A stretch of 64,000 bases of DNA from Acidobacteriota bacterium (GTDB lineage Bacteria > Acidobacteriota > UBA6911 > RPQK01 > JADFOI01): assembly GCA_963663035.1 (NCBI GenBank), contig OY760074.1, positions 992,001 through 1,056,000 on the forward strand. Direction: 5' to 3'. The notes under the pieces were generated by a model that had not been told where the DNA came from, did no database searches, and saw only the letters and a program-made list of their open reading frames with translations. The position numbers were made by a program, and so were the translations under genes. Below are positions 8,957 through 17,331 of the stretch, piece after piece. Every line of letters begins with the position of its first letter. The first letter of the stretch is position 1.

Positions 8957-9020
8957 TTTTGGCGTCTAAGCTTGAGCAATTCTTGTTGCCTTTAACCCTC
9001 GTAAGATTTAGGATCGAGCC

Positions 9021-10694
9021 ATGAAACGAGCACTTACCTTAATGGCGCCCTTATGGGTAATTTCTGTGCTGATTCTATGGGGCTGCAGCGGACTGAGAGG
9101 GGATGAGGTCTTGTCCGAGGAGCAATTGGCCTGCGAAGCCCTGTCCGAGATGCGGAACTTAACCATTACCCTGGCTCAACTGGTGGAAGCCACCGAGGAG
9201 ACACCCGAGTACTGCTACGTGAAAGGAACCATCTCTCCTGGCATCGTCTATCATGTCCAGCTGCCCTTACCTGAGAACTGGAACGAGCGACTTCTCAACA
9301 TTGGAGACGGCGGCAAGGACGGAGATCTGGATTTTGCCGATTATCGCCTGGCCCAAGGCTATGCCGTGGCCAACAGCAACATGGGACACGACAACGGCTC
9401 CGAACCGGGAGCATCCTTTGGCTTCAACAACCGCCAGGCGGAAATCGATTTCGGCTACCGCGCGGTGCATCTCACGGCCAATGCTTCCAAGACTGTCGTG
9501 GACGCCTATTACGACAGGGATCCCGAGTATTCGTACTTTGAAGGCTGTTCCACAGGCGGCCGCGAGGCTCTTATGGAAGCTCAGAGGTTTCCCTACGATT
9601 TTGATGGAATCGTGGCAGGAGCTCCCGCTCTCTTTTATCAGAGGGCCAATGCCAACCACGTCTGGATGTTACAGAGAGTATTCCGCAACAACCTGGCCGG
9701 AAATCTGGCCTATGACAAGGACGGCGATGGCACACCTGAGAGCTTCACCAAGCTGAACCTTTTGAGCGACACCATGTTGGCCAAGTGTGATGGAGTGGAC
9801 GGAATCAGTGACGGCGTAATTGACGACCCGTTGGCCTGTGATTTCAAGCCGGAGGTTGATCTGGCTGACAAGATGTGCCCAAACAACGTCAATGGGGATG
9901 CTTGTTTTACCACCGAACAGATACAAACCATAAAGGATATCTACGGCGGAGCACACGACAGCAGAGGCGACCTGGTGTACAAGGGCAAACCCTTGGGCAC
10001 GGAGACGGGCTGGGCTTTCGCTCTTTTCCCTCACGCAGGCAACTCCATGACACCTGCCCGGGTGGGCACGCCGCAGCGTCCTGGCACTGCCGGCGACCAC
10101 CTCAACTACCTCTTCTATGAAAATGACCCAGGGACCACCATGCCGAAGTTCACGGACCTCTCCCAGGTCCCAAACAAGACGAGACAACCTCCTGAGTATG
10201 CGTGGTGGGAATTCAATGTCGATGACGTCACCAACGGCAAGGCGGATCTGATGATCTCGATCACCGAGGCCAAGGATCCTGATTTGAGCCGTTTTTTGCT
10301 CAAGCAAGACGGCAAGCTGATCATTTACCACGGGTGGAGGGACTCCCTGGCCAATCCCGAACCCACGCTGGACTATTACAAGGACGTCGTGGCCACGACC
10401 TTCAGCGGCGACCTCAACGCTGCTGTGGAGAAGACGCGGCTCTTTATGATTCCTGGAATGGGCCATTGTGCCGGTGGCCCGGGACCGAATACCTGGGAAA
10501 GGCTGGCACCACTGGTGGATTGGGTGGAAAACGGTAACCCACCTGATGCTCTGGTCGCCACCCATAGCACCGATGGAGTGGTAGACAACGAGCGGCCTAT
10601 TTGCCCCTACCCCCAACGGGCTGTTTTCACGGGTCCCGCTGGCGGGGAGAACGATTCTGCCAACTGGGTGGCAAGTAATTTTACCTGTCGGTGA
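9021..10694 (+). CDS. Tannase/feruloyl esterase family alpha/beta hydrolase, probable lipoprotein
   Basis: Nucleophile motif EGCSTGGRE, AQRFPYDFDGIVAGAP, IIYHGWRD, PGMGHCAGG; LWGC lipobox. Confidence 0.92.
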   Translation: MKRALTLMAPLWVISVLILWGCSGLRGDEVLSEEQLACEALSEMRNLTITLAQLVEATEETPEYCYVKGTISPGIVYHVQLPLPENWNERLLNIGDGGKDGDLDFADYRLAQGYAVANSNMGHDNGSEPGASFGFNNRQAEIDFGYRAVHLTANASKTVVDAYYDRDPEYSYFEGCSTGGREALMEAQRFPYDFDGIVAGAPALFYQRANANHVWMLQRVFRNNLAGNLAYDKDGDGTPESFTKLNLLSDTMLAKCDGVDGISDGVIDDPLACDFKPEVDLADKMCPNNVNGDACFTTEQIQTIKDIYGGAHDSRGDLVYKGKPLGTETGWAFALFPHAGNSMTPARVGTPQRPGTAGDHLNYLFYENDPGTTMPKFTDLSQVPNKTRQPPEYAWWEFNVDDVTNGKADLMISITEAKDPDLSRFLLKQDGKLIIYHGWRDSLANPEPTLDYYKDVVATTFSGDLNAAVEKTRLFMIPGMGHCAGGPGPNTWERLAPLVDWVENGNPPDALVATHSTDGVVDNERPICPYPQRAVFTGPAGGENDSANWVASNFTCR

Positions 10695-10698
10695 GTCT

Positions 10699-10755
10699 TA
10701 GCCCGGATTATTCATCAATTCGCTACTGCAGCTACGAAAGCATCCGCCCTGCCAG
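10699..10755 (+). repeat. Truncated MITE-like element (family A, one end only)
   Basis: TAGCCCGGATTATTCATCAATT...CATCCGCCCTGCCAG is closely similar to the first ~58 bp of 36270-36420. Confidence 0.75.
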
Positions 10756-10782
10756 TGAAGTGTCGGACAAAACGGGTCCTTA

Positions 10783-11697
10783 TTACCCTTTCCCTTTGAC
10801 TCTAGTGGCTTTACCTGGTGAGACAATTATTTCATCGATCAGAGCGTACTTGTTCTTGCGGTTTGCGTAAAAGGTCCAGAGATCCTCGCGTTCAACATCG
10901 TTGAGCACCGTCACAAGCGTTCTTCCTTGGGGGTCTTCGTCCAACCCACGGTCTATCTTTATGACGCCAACGTCGGTCAGCACCAATCGGGAATGAAGGT
11001 CCAGGGAATCATTCTCATCCTCCCATAAAACGAACTTGATTTCACTGTGTTGGGGAAGATGTCTCGAAAACCTCTGCTCGCATTCCTTCCTGAACCACTC
11101 ACCTTCTGCTTTTGCCCTCAAATGATATTCGAATCGAGACAAGGTTCTACCCTTTTCGGCACAAAGCAGGAAGTGGCCAAGTGGGCGAGTCCATTTCGCT
11201 CGCGAAGGGTCAAAGTAAGGATCGACCAAAATAACTTCCGTGCTGCTTTCGAGCAGCAGTTGACAGCATTCAGCAAGATCCTCTGCTGTTCTCTGAATCT
11301 GTCCGCCTCTACCGATCCTGATCAAAGGGTGCGTCTCCTCCACATCAGTTGGAGAGATGACATATTTCCTTTTAGTCTTACTCTCGTCGGCGATGATCGC
11401 TTGAAACGGCTTACGCAAATGCTCATCAAGTGCATTTTTCAGCCAGGCAACATCGAAGTTGAACGACCTTCCAGACTCCACAAGTTTCTGGCGCCTAAAT
11501 TGACGCAACCTCAGAGCGATTTTCTTCCTCTCGACATCTCCCAAATCTCTACAGGCTTTCAACACCTCGTCTTCCCATTTCTCTGGAAAGCGTGAGATGA
11601 GACGCCCGTGTTCAAAGCCAAACCGGTTAGTGATGTCTTTAAAGACTTCCCAACTACCCAATGCAGCGGGTTCGAGGGCATATTCACGAAAGATCAA
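10783..11697 (-). CDS. Hypothetical protein with C-terminal PLD-like (MIT_C-type) domain; partner of the ABC ATPase
   Basis: EVILVDPYF and LHSRLVLTDVGVIKIDRGLD resemble the MITD1 C-terminal PLD-like motifs. The TTG start overlaps the ATPase TGA. Confidence 0.65.
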   Translation of the reverse strand: MIFREYALEPAALGSWEVFKDITNRFGFEHGRLISRFPEKWEDEVLKACRDLGDVERKKIALRLRQFRRQKLVESGRSFNFDVAWLKNALDEHLRKPFQAIIADESKTKRKYVISPTDVEETHPLIRIGRGGQIQRTAEDLAECCQLLLESSTEVILVDPYFDPSRAKWTRPLGHFLLCAEKGRTLSRFEYHLRAKAEGEWFRKECEQRFSRHLPQHSEIKFVLWEDENDSLDLHSRLVLTDVGVIKIDRGLDEDPQGRTLVTVLNDVEREDLWTFYANRKNKYALIDEIIVSPGKATRVKGKG

Positions 11698-13394
11698 AAC
11701 AGCTCCTCCTCGCGCTCTTCAAAGAACCCACGCGGCCAGCGATCGATGAATTCGCCGGTCTTGTCGATCCTCAGCGGGGAAACATGGACCACCCCGTCAG
11801 CGGACTCCATAAAAATCACACTGACCTGATCGGGCGTGAGGGGTTGAACGTCCTTCGGTAGCTTATCCTCGCTGGTCTCGCGGATCCTACGGAGGAGCCT
11901 CAGCATGAGGTGTTCACTGTGAGTCTCCAATAAGAAGAGGTTATCGCCTGTCTGGATCTGAGCGATGAATAGGTCAGCCAGCTTTGATTGCAGTGCTGGG
12001 TGAATGTGCAATTCAGGCTGCTCGACCGTGACAATCTGGTCTTTGGATAATAAAGCTGCAATAACGACCGGGATCAACTGGGACGCACCCGTTCCCACGT
12101 CTCGTGGATTGAGGTCGCGGCCCGTCGTAGATTTTCTCAGCACCACGCGTGCCCGCTCGGGCATCTCGTGAATGCATTCCTCAATCTCAGGGGGATCTGT
12201 TACAGCCTCCGCGTCCAGCTTGGAGATTTGGGAAGACTCAAGCTCTCTGAAACGTCGGACGATGATTTTATAGCCCGTGTCTAGCCGATCTGCATCCTCT
12301 AACCATTGATTGATTTCAGCTTCTTTTTCTGGTGTTACTGTGAACAGTTCCTCCCACACACTGAGGCCAGAGTGTAGGCCAAATGCTGAAACGGGCTCGT
12401 CTTGCTCCAGAACCCTCGGAGGGCGAGCGCGGAGGGGGCCAAGGTACCGCAAAGACCGGAGAAGGTGTTCCACCATGGCTCCAGGCCGTAAGATGCATCG
12501 GCTCAAGATGTCATCGTACCCGTCCTTGAGCTGATAGCGGTCGTCACCATCCAGGTGTTCAGCGTCTCCTTTCTCGACCTCTTCTTCGCTGTCAATCTTT
12601 TTTTCACCGGCTGCTACGGCTTGTTCCCAGTCCGGAAGAGCACCCGCGCATCGTGTAAAAATATGGCCGGCACTCGGTGGGCCTGGAGGGTTGCCGGACC
12701 AGTGCCAGTGAGAGATGTCTTCAAGCATGAAATTCGAAAGCTCGTGAAATAGGTTGGGCGATTTCGAAGACCTCCCCTTACGGAAGATATGATGCTGGGT
12801 GTTGAAAACCGTGTCGAGGACATAGGGCTTCAGGTTCATATACCAACGTAGGAACTGGTCTTGGTCCACATCCTTGTACTGTTGGATGCGCCTAGAGGGA
12901 CCTACGTCGGAAAGCTTGGAGAAAAATTCTTCGTTCAACTCCACTCGGCAGGAGGCAAAATAGGGAATCGATAGAATCGGATCCCAGCAGACCGAAACTG
13001 AGACCGATGCGCGTTGCACCTTGGCCAAGCAGTCTAGACAGCGTTCTGTCAATCCGACGTGTTGAACTGTTCTGTGCTCAAAGGGAACATCACCAGACAG
13101 ACCAACCTTTTCAAGATCGATTTCCACAGTGACTGTAATGGGGAGTGAGAGATCGTAGTTGTGCACCATGTTCTGGAAGCCACCCAGATCGAGCGGCTCA
13201 TCGAAGATCGTCACTTGATGCGGATTCGGATTGTGGTTCACGAAGATTTCCCGTGCGTAGAGAAGAGCTTCCATTACGGTGCTCTTTCCGGCGCTGTTGG
13301 GACCGAACAGAAGCGTGATCGGTTTGAGCTCAATACGTACAGGGTCGCCGATCGCCTTGAAATTCTGGATGGTAAGAGCTCTCAGAGTTGCCAA
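11694..13394 (-). CDS. ABC-type ATPase (AAA_15/AAA_21-like) with DUF3696-like C-terminus
   Basis: IQNFKAI, Walker A GPNSAGKS, signature VGTGASQL, Walker B VTVEQPELHIHP, H-loop ETHSE, terminal DRWPRGFFEE. Confidence 0.88.
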   Translation of the reverse strand: MATLRALTIQNFKAIGDPVRIELKPITLLFGPNSAGKSTVMEALLYAREIFVNHNPNPHQVTIFDEPLDLGGFQNMVHNYDLSLPITVTVEIDLEKVGLSGDVPFEHRTVQHVGLTERCLDCLAKVQRASVSVSVCWDPILSIPYFASCRVELNEEFFSKLSDVGPSRRIQQYKDVDQDQFLRWYMNLKPYVLDTVFNTQHHIFRKGRSSKSPNLFHELSNFMLEDISHWHWSGNPPGPPSAGHIFTRCAGALPDWEQAVAAGEKKIDSEEEVEKGDAEHLDGDDRYQLKDGYDDILSRCILRPGAMVEHLLRSLRYLGPLRARPPRVLEQDEPVSAFGLHSGLSVWEELFTVTPEKEAEINQWLEDADRLDTGYKIIVRRFRELESSQISKLDAEAVTDPPEIEECIHEMPERARVVLRKSTTGRDLNPRDVGTGASQLIPVVIAALLSKDQIVTVEQPELHIHPALQSKLADLFIAQIQTGDNLFLLETHSEHLMLRLLRRIRETSEDKLPKDVQPLTPDQVSVIFMESADGVVHVSPLRIDKTGEFIDRWPRGFFEEREEELF

Positions 13395-13562
13395 AGTACG
13401 TTCGTTTCGAATCTAGATCTGATAGCCGCGTGCCCAGTCGGCATCGCTGAAGAATAGGCCCGAACTCGTCAACCAAGACGCATCATTCGGTGAAACAGGT
13501 GAAATCTGCACAAACATTAACCTTTATACTCGCCCGGTCAAATCTTTCAAAGAATCCTCCGG

Positions 13563-14408
13563 CTAGAAGGACGGATCACCAGCGGTGGCGGCTCGGTCCT
13601 CCGCCGTGTAGCGGATGTAACCCGACTCGTCGGCGAAGAGGAAATAGCGGCCCCCCAAGATTCCGTGGACAACAGGGTTGGCGTTAACGGTGAAAGTGGA
13701 ACCGTCTTCACCCGTAGTGGTGGTAAAGGTATACCCGTGCTGGGTACCCGATGCCAGTAGGCCGTCAATCGCCTGCGATTCCTCCAGGGTGGCCAAATCT
13801 GGAGCGTAGTCTCCCCCAGGCGTGGTCGCCGAGTAGGTCAATTGGGCGACGACCAGATCTCTCACCGCGCTGATCGCCGAAGATTCATTGGACACGCACC
13901 GATCACTGATGAAGTCCACAAATTCCTCCGGGTTACGATATCTGGAGTGCAATACCGTCATCTTCGGCATCGGTTGTTCGTCGGACCCATAGAAGCGTGT
14001 CTCCACAATGTTGTCTGCTGCATCATAGTGCCACTCAATGATGGCAGCGCCTAACTCCCCCAGTTCTTTTAGAGTGCCATCGGTACCAAAGAACCTTTGT
14101 TCAACGAGATTCTTTCGCCCATCATACTTGGAGCGAAACCTGGCAATCCCCTTTAGCGTCAGCAACTGCTCATCTATGCCAACGCACCTGTACTCTATTT
14201 CATTTCCATAGTCGTCGAATTGGTCCTGAGCACCTTCACAGTCATCCACGAACCCCTTTAACTGTGCGTTGGTATCCAGGGTTTGTATCTCCTTTTCATT
14301 GGACACGACTCTGTAATAGTTGGCCGCTCCTGGTGCGGCTTCTGTACGACTTCCCAGGAGAAGCAGTGTTGCGATCGTGATTGAAAGTGACAAGACGGAA
14401 TTCCTCAT
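13563..14408 (-). CDS. Secreted protein with three YD-like repeats fused to a type IV pilin-like head domain
   Basis: Signal peptide; repeats DDYGNEIE / YDGRKNLVE / YDAADNIVE; C-terminal NESSAISAVR..VAQLTY...GYTFT...RYF.ADESGYIRY. Confidence 0.65.
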   Translation of the reverse strand: MRNSVLSLSITIATLLLLGSRTEAAPGAANYYRVVSNEKEIQTLDTNAQLKGFVDDCEGAQDQFDDYGNEIEYRCVGIDEQLLTLKGIARFRSKYDGRKNLVEQRFFGTDGTLKELGELGAAIIEWHYDAADNIVETRFYGSDEQPMPKMTVLHSRYRNPEEFVDFISDRCVSNESSAISAVRDLVVAQLTYSATTPGGDYAPDLATLEESQAIDGLLASGTQHGYTFTTTTGEDGSTFTVNANPVVHGILGGRYFLFADESGYIRYTAEDRAATAGDPSF

Positions 14409-14683
14409 GGTTCTTCGTTTCCTTACAGGTTTTTCGGTAGATGCATCTAACGTGCCAATTTTCTTGACTCCCTTCTCCAGGTGCCTGCAGATTGCACATA
14501 ACTATCTATGGACCAATGAGTTAGACATTTTTTTGAGGGTGTGTCCGGGCTCAGGAGCACCCGATTCTTCCCAGCCTATGTCAATACTGGTTCACAGATG
14601 TCAATCCAGCTGCTTTACGAAACGCTCACCAGGAAGGGAGACATTACGGTAGATTGTCTCCTGTGTTTGCTAGCGTCCTAAGC

Positions 14684-15439
14684 ATGAAGGTGTATTTTCA
14701 ATTCGGTTTGTCGCTCTCCATGCTTTTAAACACGGCTCTGGAGGTGAATGCGCAATCGGACGGCACCCCGGTGCTCCCTAAGGAGATTGAGGAATACACC
14801 CTTGAATTTGAGAGAATTCAATCGTTGGATCGTCTTGAGCGGAACATCGAAGTTCTCTATCGAAAGGGAATCGTTGCCGGAAAGAGCCTTTTGTCCCCCG
14901 TCGAGATATCGGACTTGTATCTGCTGGAGAGGCTTAGCCAGGAACAGCTAAGAGCCGTGAGTCGCGCGCTTCCGGGCATCTTTCTGACTCGTGAAGAGGT
15001 TTTGCAGGCGAGACCCGACGCCAAGAGCTATCTTGAGTTTGCATTAAAGTGGGGCGGCCGCGCGGACATCGCGTACTTCTCAACTCTCCAAATTGCCTAC
15101 CCCAGCCCGGGCTGGCCACTGTATATTGAACCTCAGACTGATTACGGAGGATGTCGGCGGCTCGGCTCATTTGTCTTTTCCGAGCTCTATGGGATGTGGC
15201 GCGCGTTCCAAAGCCGATTTCCCGATCGTTACAAACAAGAGGTGGGAGAAGAGTTGGCAGATCTAGAAGAAAACCTCCTCCACCCGGGGGCCTGTGAGGG
15301 CCCCAGGGAAGTAGCGGAAGCGTACCGTGAGTTCATCCGCTCTTTTCCCGATGAGCCCGTCTCTAATGAAATTCGGTTACGTATCTCTGAGATTGAAAAC
15401 GGCACTTCCAATCTCAGATTCAACTTAAGTTTGCCGTGA
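14684..15439 (+). CDS. Hypothetical exported protein
   Basis: Long ORF with a signal-peptide-like N-terminus from the ATG at 14684; no family recognised. Confidence 0.65.
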   Translation: MKVYFQFGLSLSMLLNTALEVNAQSDGTPVLPKEIEEYTLEFERIQSLDRLERNIEVLYRKGIVAGKSLLSPVEISDLYLLERLSQEQLRAVSRALPGIFLTREEVLQARPDAKSYLEFALKWGGRADIAYFSTLQIAYPSPGWPLYIEPQTDYGGCRRLGSFVFSELYGMWRAFQSRFPDRYKQEVGEELADLEENLLHPGACEGPREVAEAYREFIRSFPDEPVSNEIRLRISEIENGTSNLRFNLSLP

Positions 15440-15490
15440 CGCTCTGGCCCGGTCTGCCCCGCTGATAGTTGCTTCAAGTCACTATTGAAA

Positions 15491-16843
15491 ATGTTGGGAA
15501 AAGAAGTTCGACAGACTCTTGTATTGGCAGGCCCGCTCATTCTGGCGCAGCTTGCCCAGATGTCCTCGTCTTTTGTGGATACCATCATGGTTGGTCGGCT
15601 GGGCAGTCAAGAGCTGGCTGGAGTGGCAGTGGGCGGTGCCGTGTACTTTCCTGTGGTCCTCATCGGCCTGGGAGTCCTGATGGCGGTCGGCCCCATGGTC
15701 TCGCACAGCTACGGCGCTGGTGACGAGGTTGCCATTGGCCGCTCCGTGCGCCAGGGTCTCTGGCTGGGGACGCTGCTGATCATTCCCACCTCTCTGGTGA
15801 TATGGAATGGACCCTCGCTGTTAGCCTGGATGGGCCAGGAGGAAAGCACCGTCCTTTTGGCCGAAGAATACCTCCATGCGATTATCTGGGGCCTCCCTCC
15901 GCTTCTCTGGTTCGGAGTTCTGCGTTACTTTCTGGAAGGCCTCTCTCGCCCGCTGGTGATCATGTTGATCACCAGCGGTGCTGTGATGCTCAACGTGATC
16001 GCTAATTACGTTCTTATGTACGGGAAGCTGGGATTTCCAGCACTGGGGTTAGCGGGCTGCGGCTGGGCAAGCGCGCTCGTTTACTGGAGTATGTTCCTGG
16101 TTATGGTTTTCGTCATTGGCAACAGCCAAGCACTTAGATCCTATGGAGTCTTTTCTCGCCTGGGTAAACCGGACTGGCACCATTTTCTGGAAATTTTCCG
16201 AATCGGTTGGCCCATCGGGGTGACCCTTGGTCTTGAAGTGGGTCTTTTTTCCTTCACGGCCCTCTTGATAGGACTCTTCGGTACCACCATGCTGGCTGCC
16301 CATCAGATCGCGACACAATGTGCGTCCTATGCTTTCATGGTCCCACTCGGTCTTTCCTTGGCGGTTTCAGTGCGAGTGGGCCAGGCCACTGGTCGGAGGG
16401 ATTTTCAGGGAGCCCGCCGCGCCGGCTATGTGGGTATGTGGCTCGGTTCCAGTTTCATGATGATCAGCGCCATCTGCTTTTGGGCATTTCCAAGGTCCAT
16501 CATTTCACTGTTTCTGGACGTCCAAAGCACCCTCAACACGGAAGTTGTGCTCCAGGCGACTGTCCTGCTGAGCATAGCCGCTGTCTTTCAGATCTTCGAC
16601 GGTCTCCAGGTTACGGCTGCCGGCGCCTTGAGGGGCCTGAAGGATACGCGAACACCCATGCTGGTCGCCGTAATCTCTTACTGGTGTGTGGGTTTGACCA
16701 GCGGCTATGTGTTGGGCTTTCAACTGGGCTTTGAGGGCGTGGGGTTGTGGTGGGGACTGGTCATTGGACTCACCATGGCTGCTCTTTTGTTGTCCTGGCG
16801 TTTCAACAGGAAGATCAAGGGTCTTCTTGTCTCAGCCGGCTGA
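15491..16843 (+). CDS. MATE family efflux transporter (NorM-like)
   Basis: ~12 TM segments; VDTIMVGRLG, FQIFDGLQV..AGALRGLKDT. Confidence 0.93.
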   Translation: MLGKEVRQTLVLAGPLILAQLAQMSSSFVDTIMVGRLGSQELAGVAVGGAVYFPVVLIGLGVLMAVGPMVSHSYGAGDEVAIGRSVRQGLWLGTLLIIPTSLVIWNGPSLLAWMGQEESTVLLAEEYLHAIIWGLPPLLWFGVLRYFLEGLSRPLVIMLITSGAVMLNVIANYVLMYGKLGFPALGLAGCGWASALVYWSMFLVMVFVIGNSQALRSYGVFSRLGKPDWHHFLEIFRIGWPIGVTLGLEVGLFSFTALLIGLFGTTMLAAHQIATQCASYAFMVPLGLSLAVSVRVGQATGRRDFQGARRAGYVGMWLGSSFMMISAICFWAFPRSIISLFLDVQSTLNTEVVLQATVLLSIAAVFQIFDGLQVTAAGALRGLKDTRTPMLVAVISYWCVGLTSGYVLGFQLGFEGVGLWWGLVIGLTMAALLLSWRFNRKIKGLLVSAG

Positions 16844-16926
16844 TCTCACCCAGCTGAGAAGGGCGTGCTACAATGGCCACCAAATTCCAAGGATGGTCCC
16901 AAGATCCGGTGCACTGGAGGTGTTCA

Positions 16927-17325
16927 ATGCCGATCGAAATTCCCGAGCCAATCAAGCAGTTCCTGAGTTTAAAAGCCTACGGTCATGTGGTCACGCGTAA
17001 TGCAGACGGCAGCCCGCAAGTGAGCATGGTCTGGATGGACGTCGATGGGAACGAAGTTCTCTTTAACACCGCGGAGGAAAGAGTCAAGCCGCGAAACCTG
17101 CGCCGCGACCCCCGCATTATCATCTCCGTCCAGAATCCCAACGACTCGCAGGTTTACGCCCTCTTCCACGGAAGTGCGACGGTGACCGAGGAAGGAGCGG
17201 ATGAGCACATTGACAAGCTGACCAAGCGTTTTCTGGGAATGGACGAGTATCCCTTCCGAGCGCCGGGCGAGCAGCGATTGATCGTTCGGACCCAGGTTGA
17301 TCGCATCGGGGGGTTTGGGACCTAG
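16927..17325 (+). CDS. PPOX-class putative F420-dependent oxidoreductase
   Basis: TRNADGSPQVSMVW, K.RNLRRDPR, HIDKLTKRF; RBS GGAGG before ATG 16927. Confidence 0.85.
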   Translation: MPIEIPEPIKQFLSLKAYGHVVTRNADGSPQVSMVWMDVDGNEVLFNTAEERVKPRNLRRDPRIIISVQNPNDSQVYALFHGSATVTEEGADEHIDKLTKRFLGMDEYPFRAPGEQRLIVRTQVDRIGGFGT

Positions 17326-17331
17326 AAAAAG

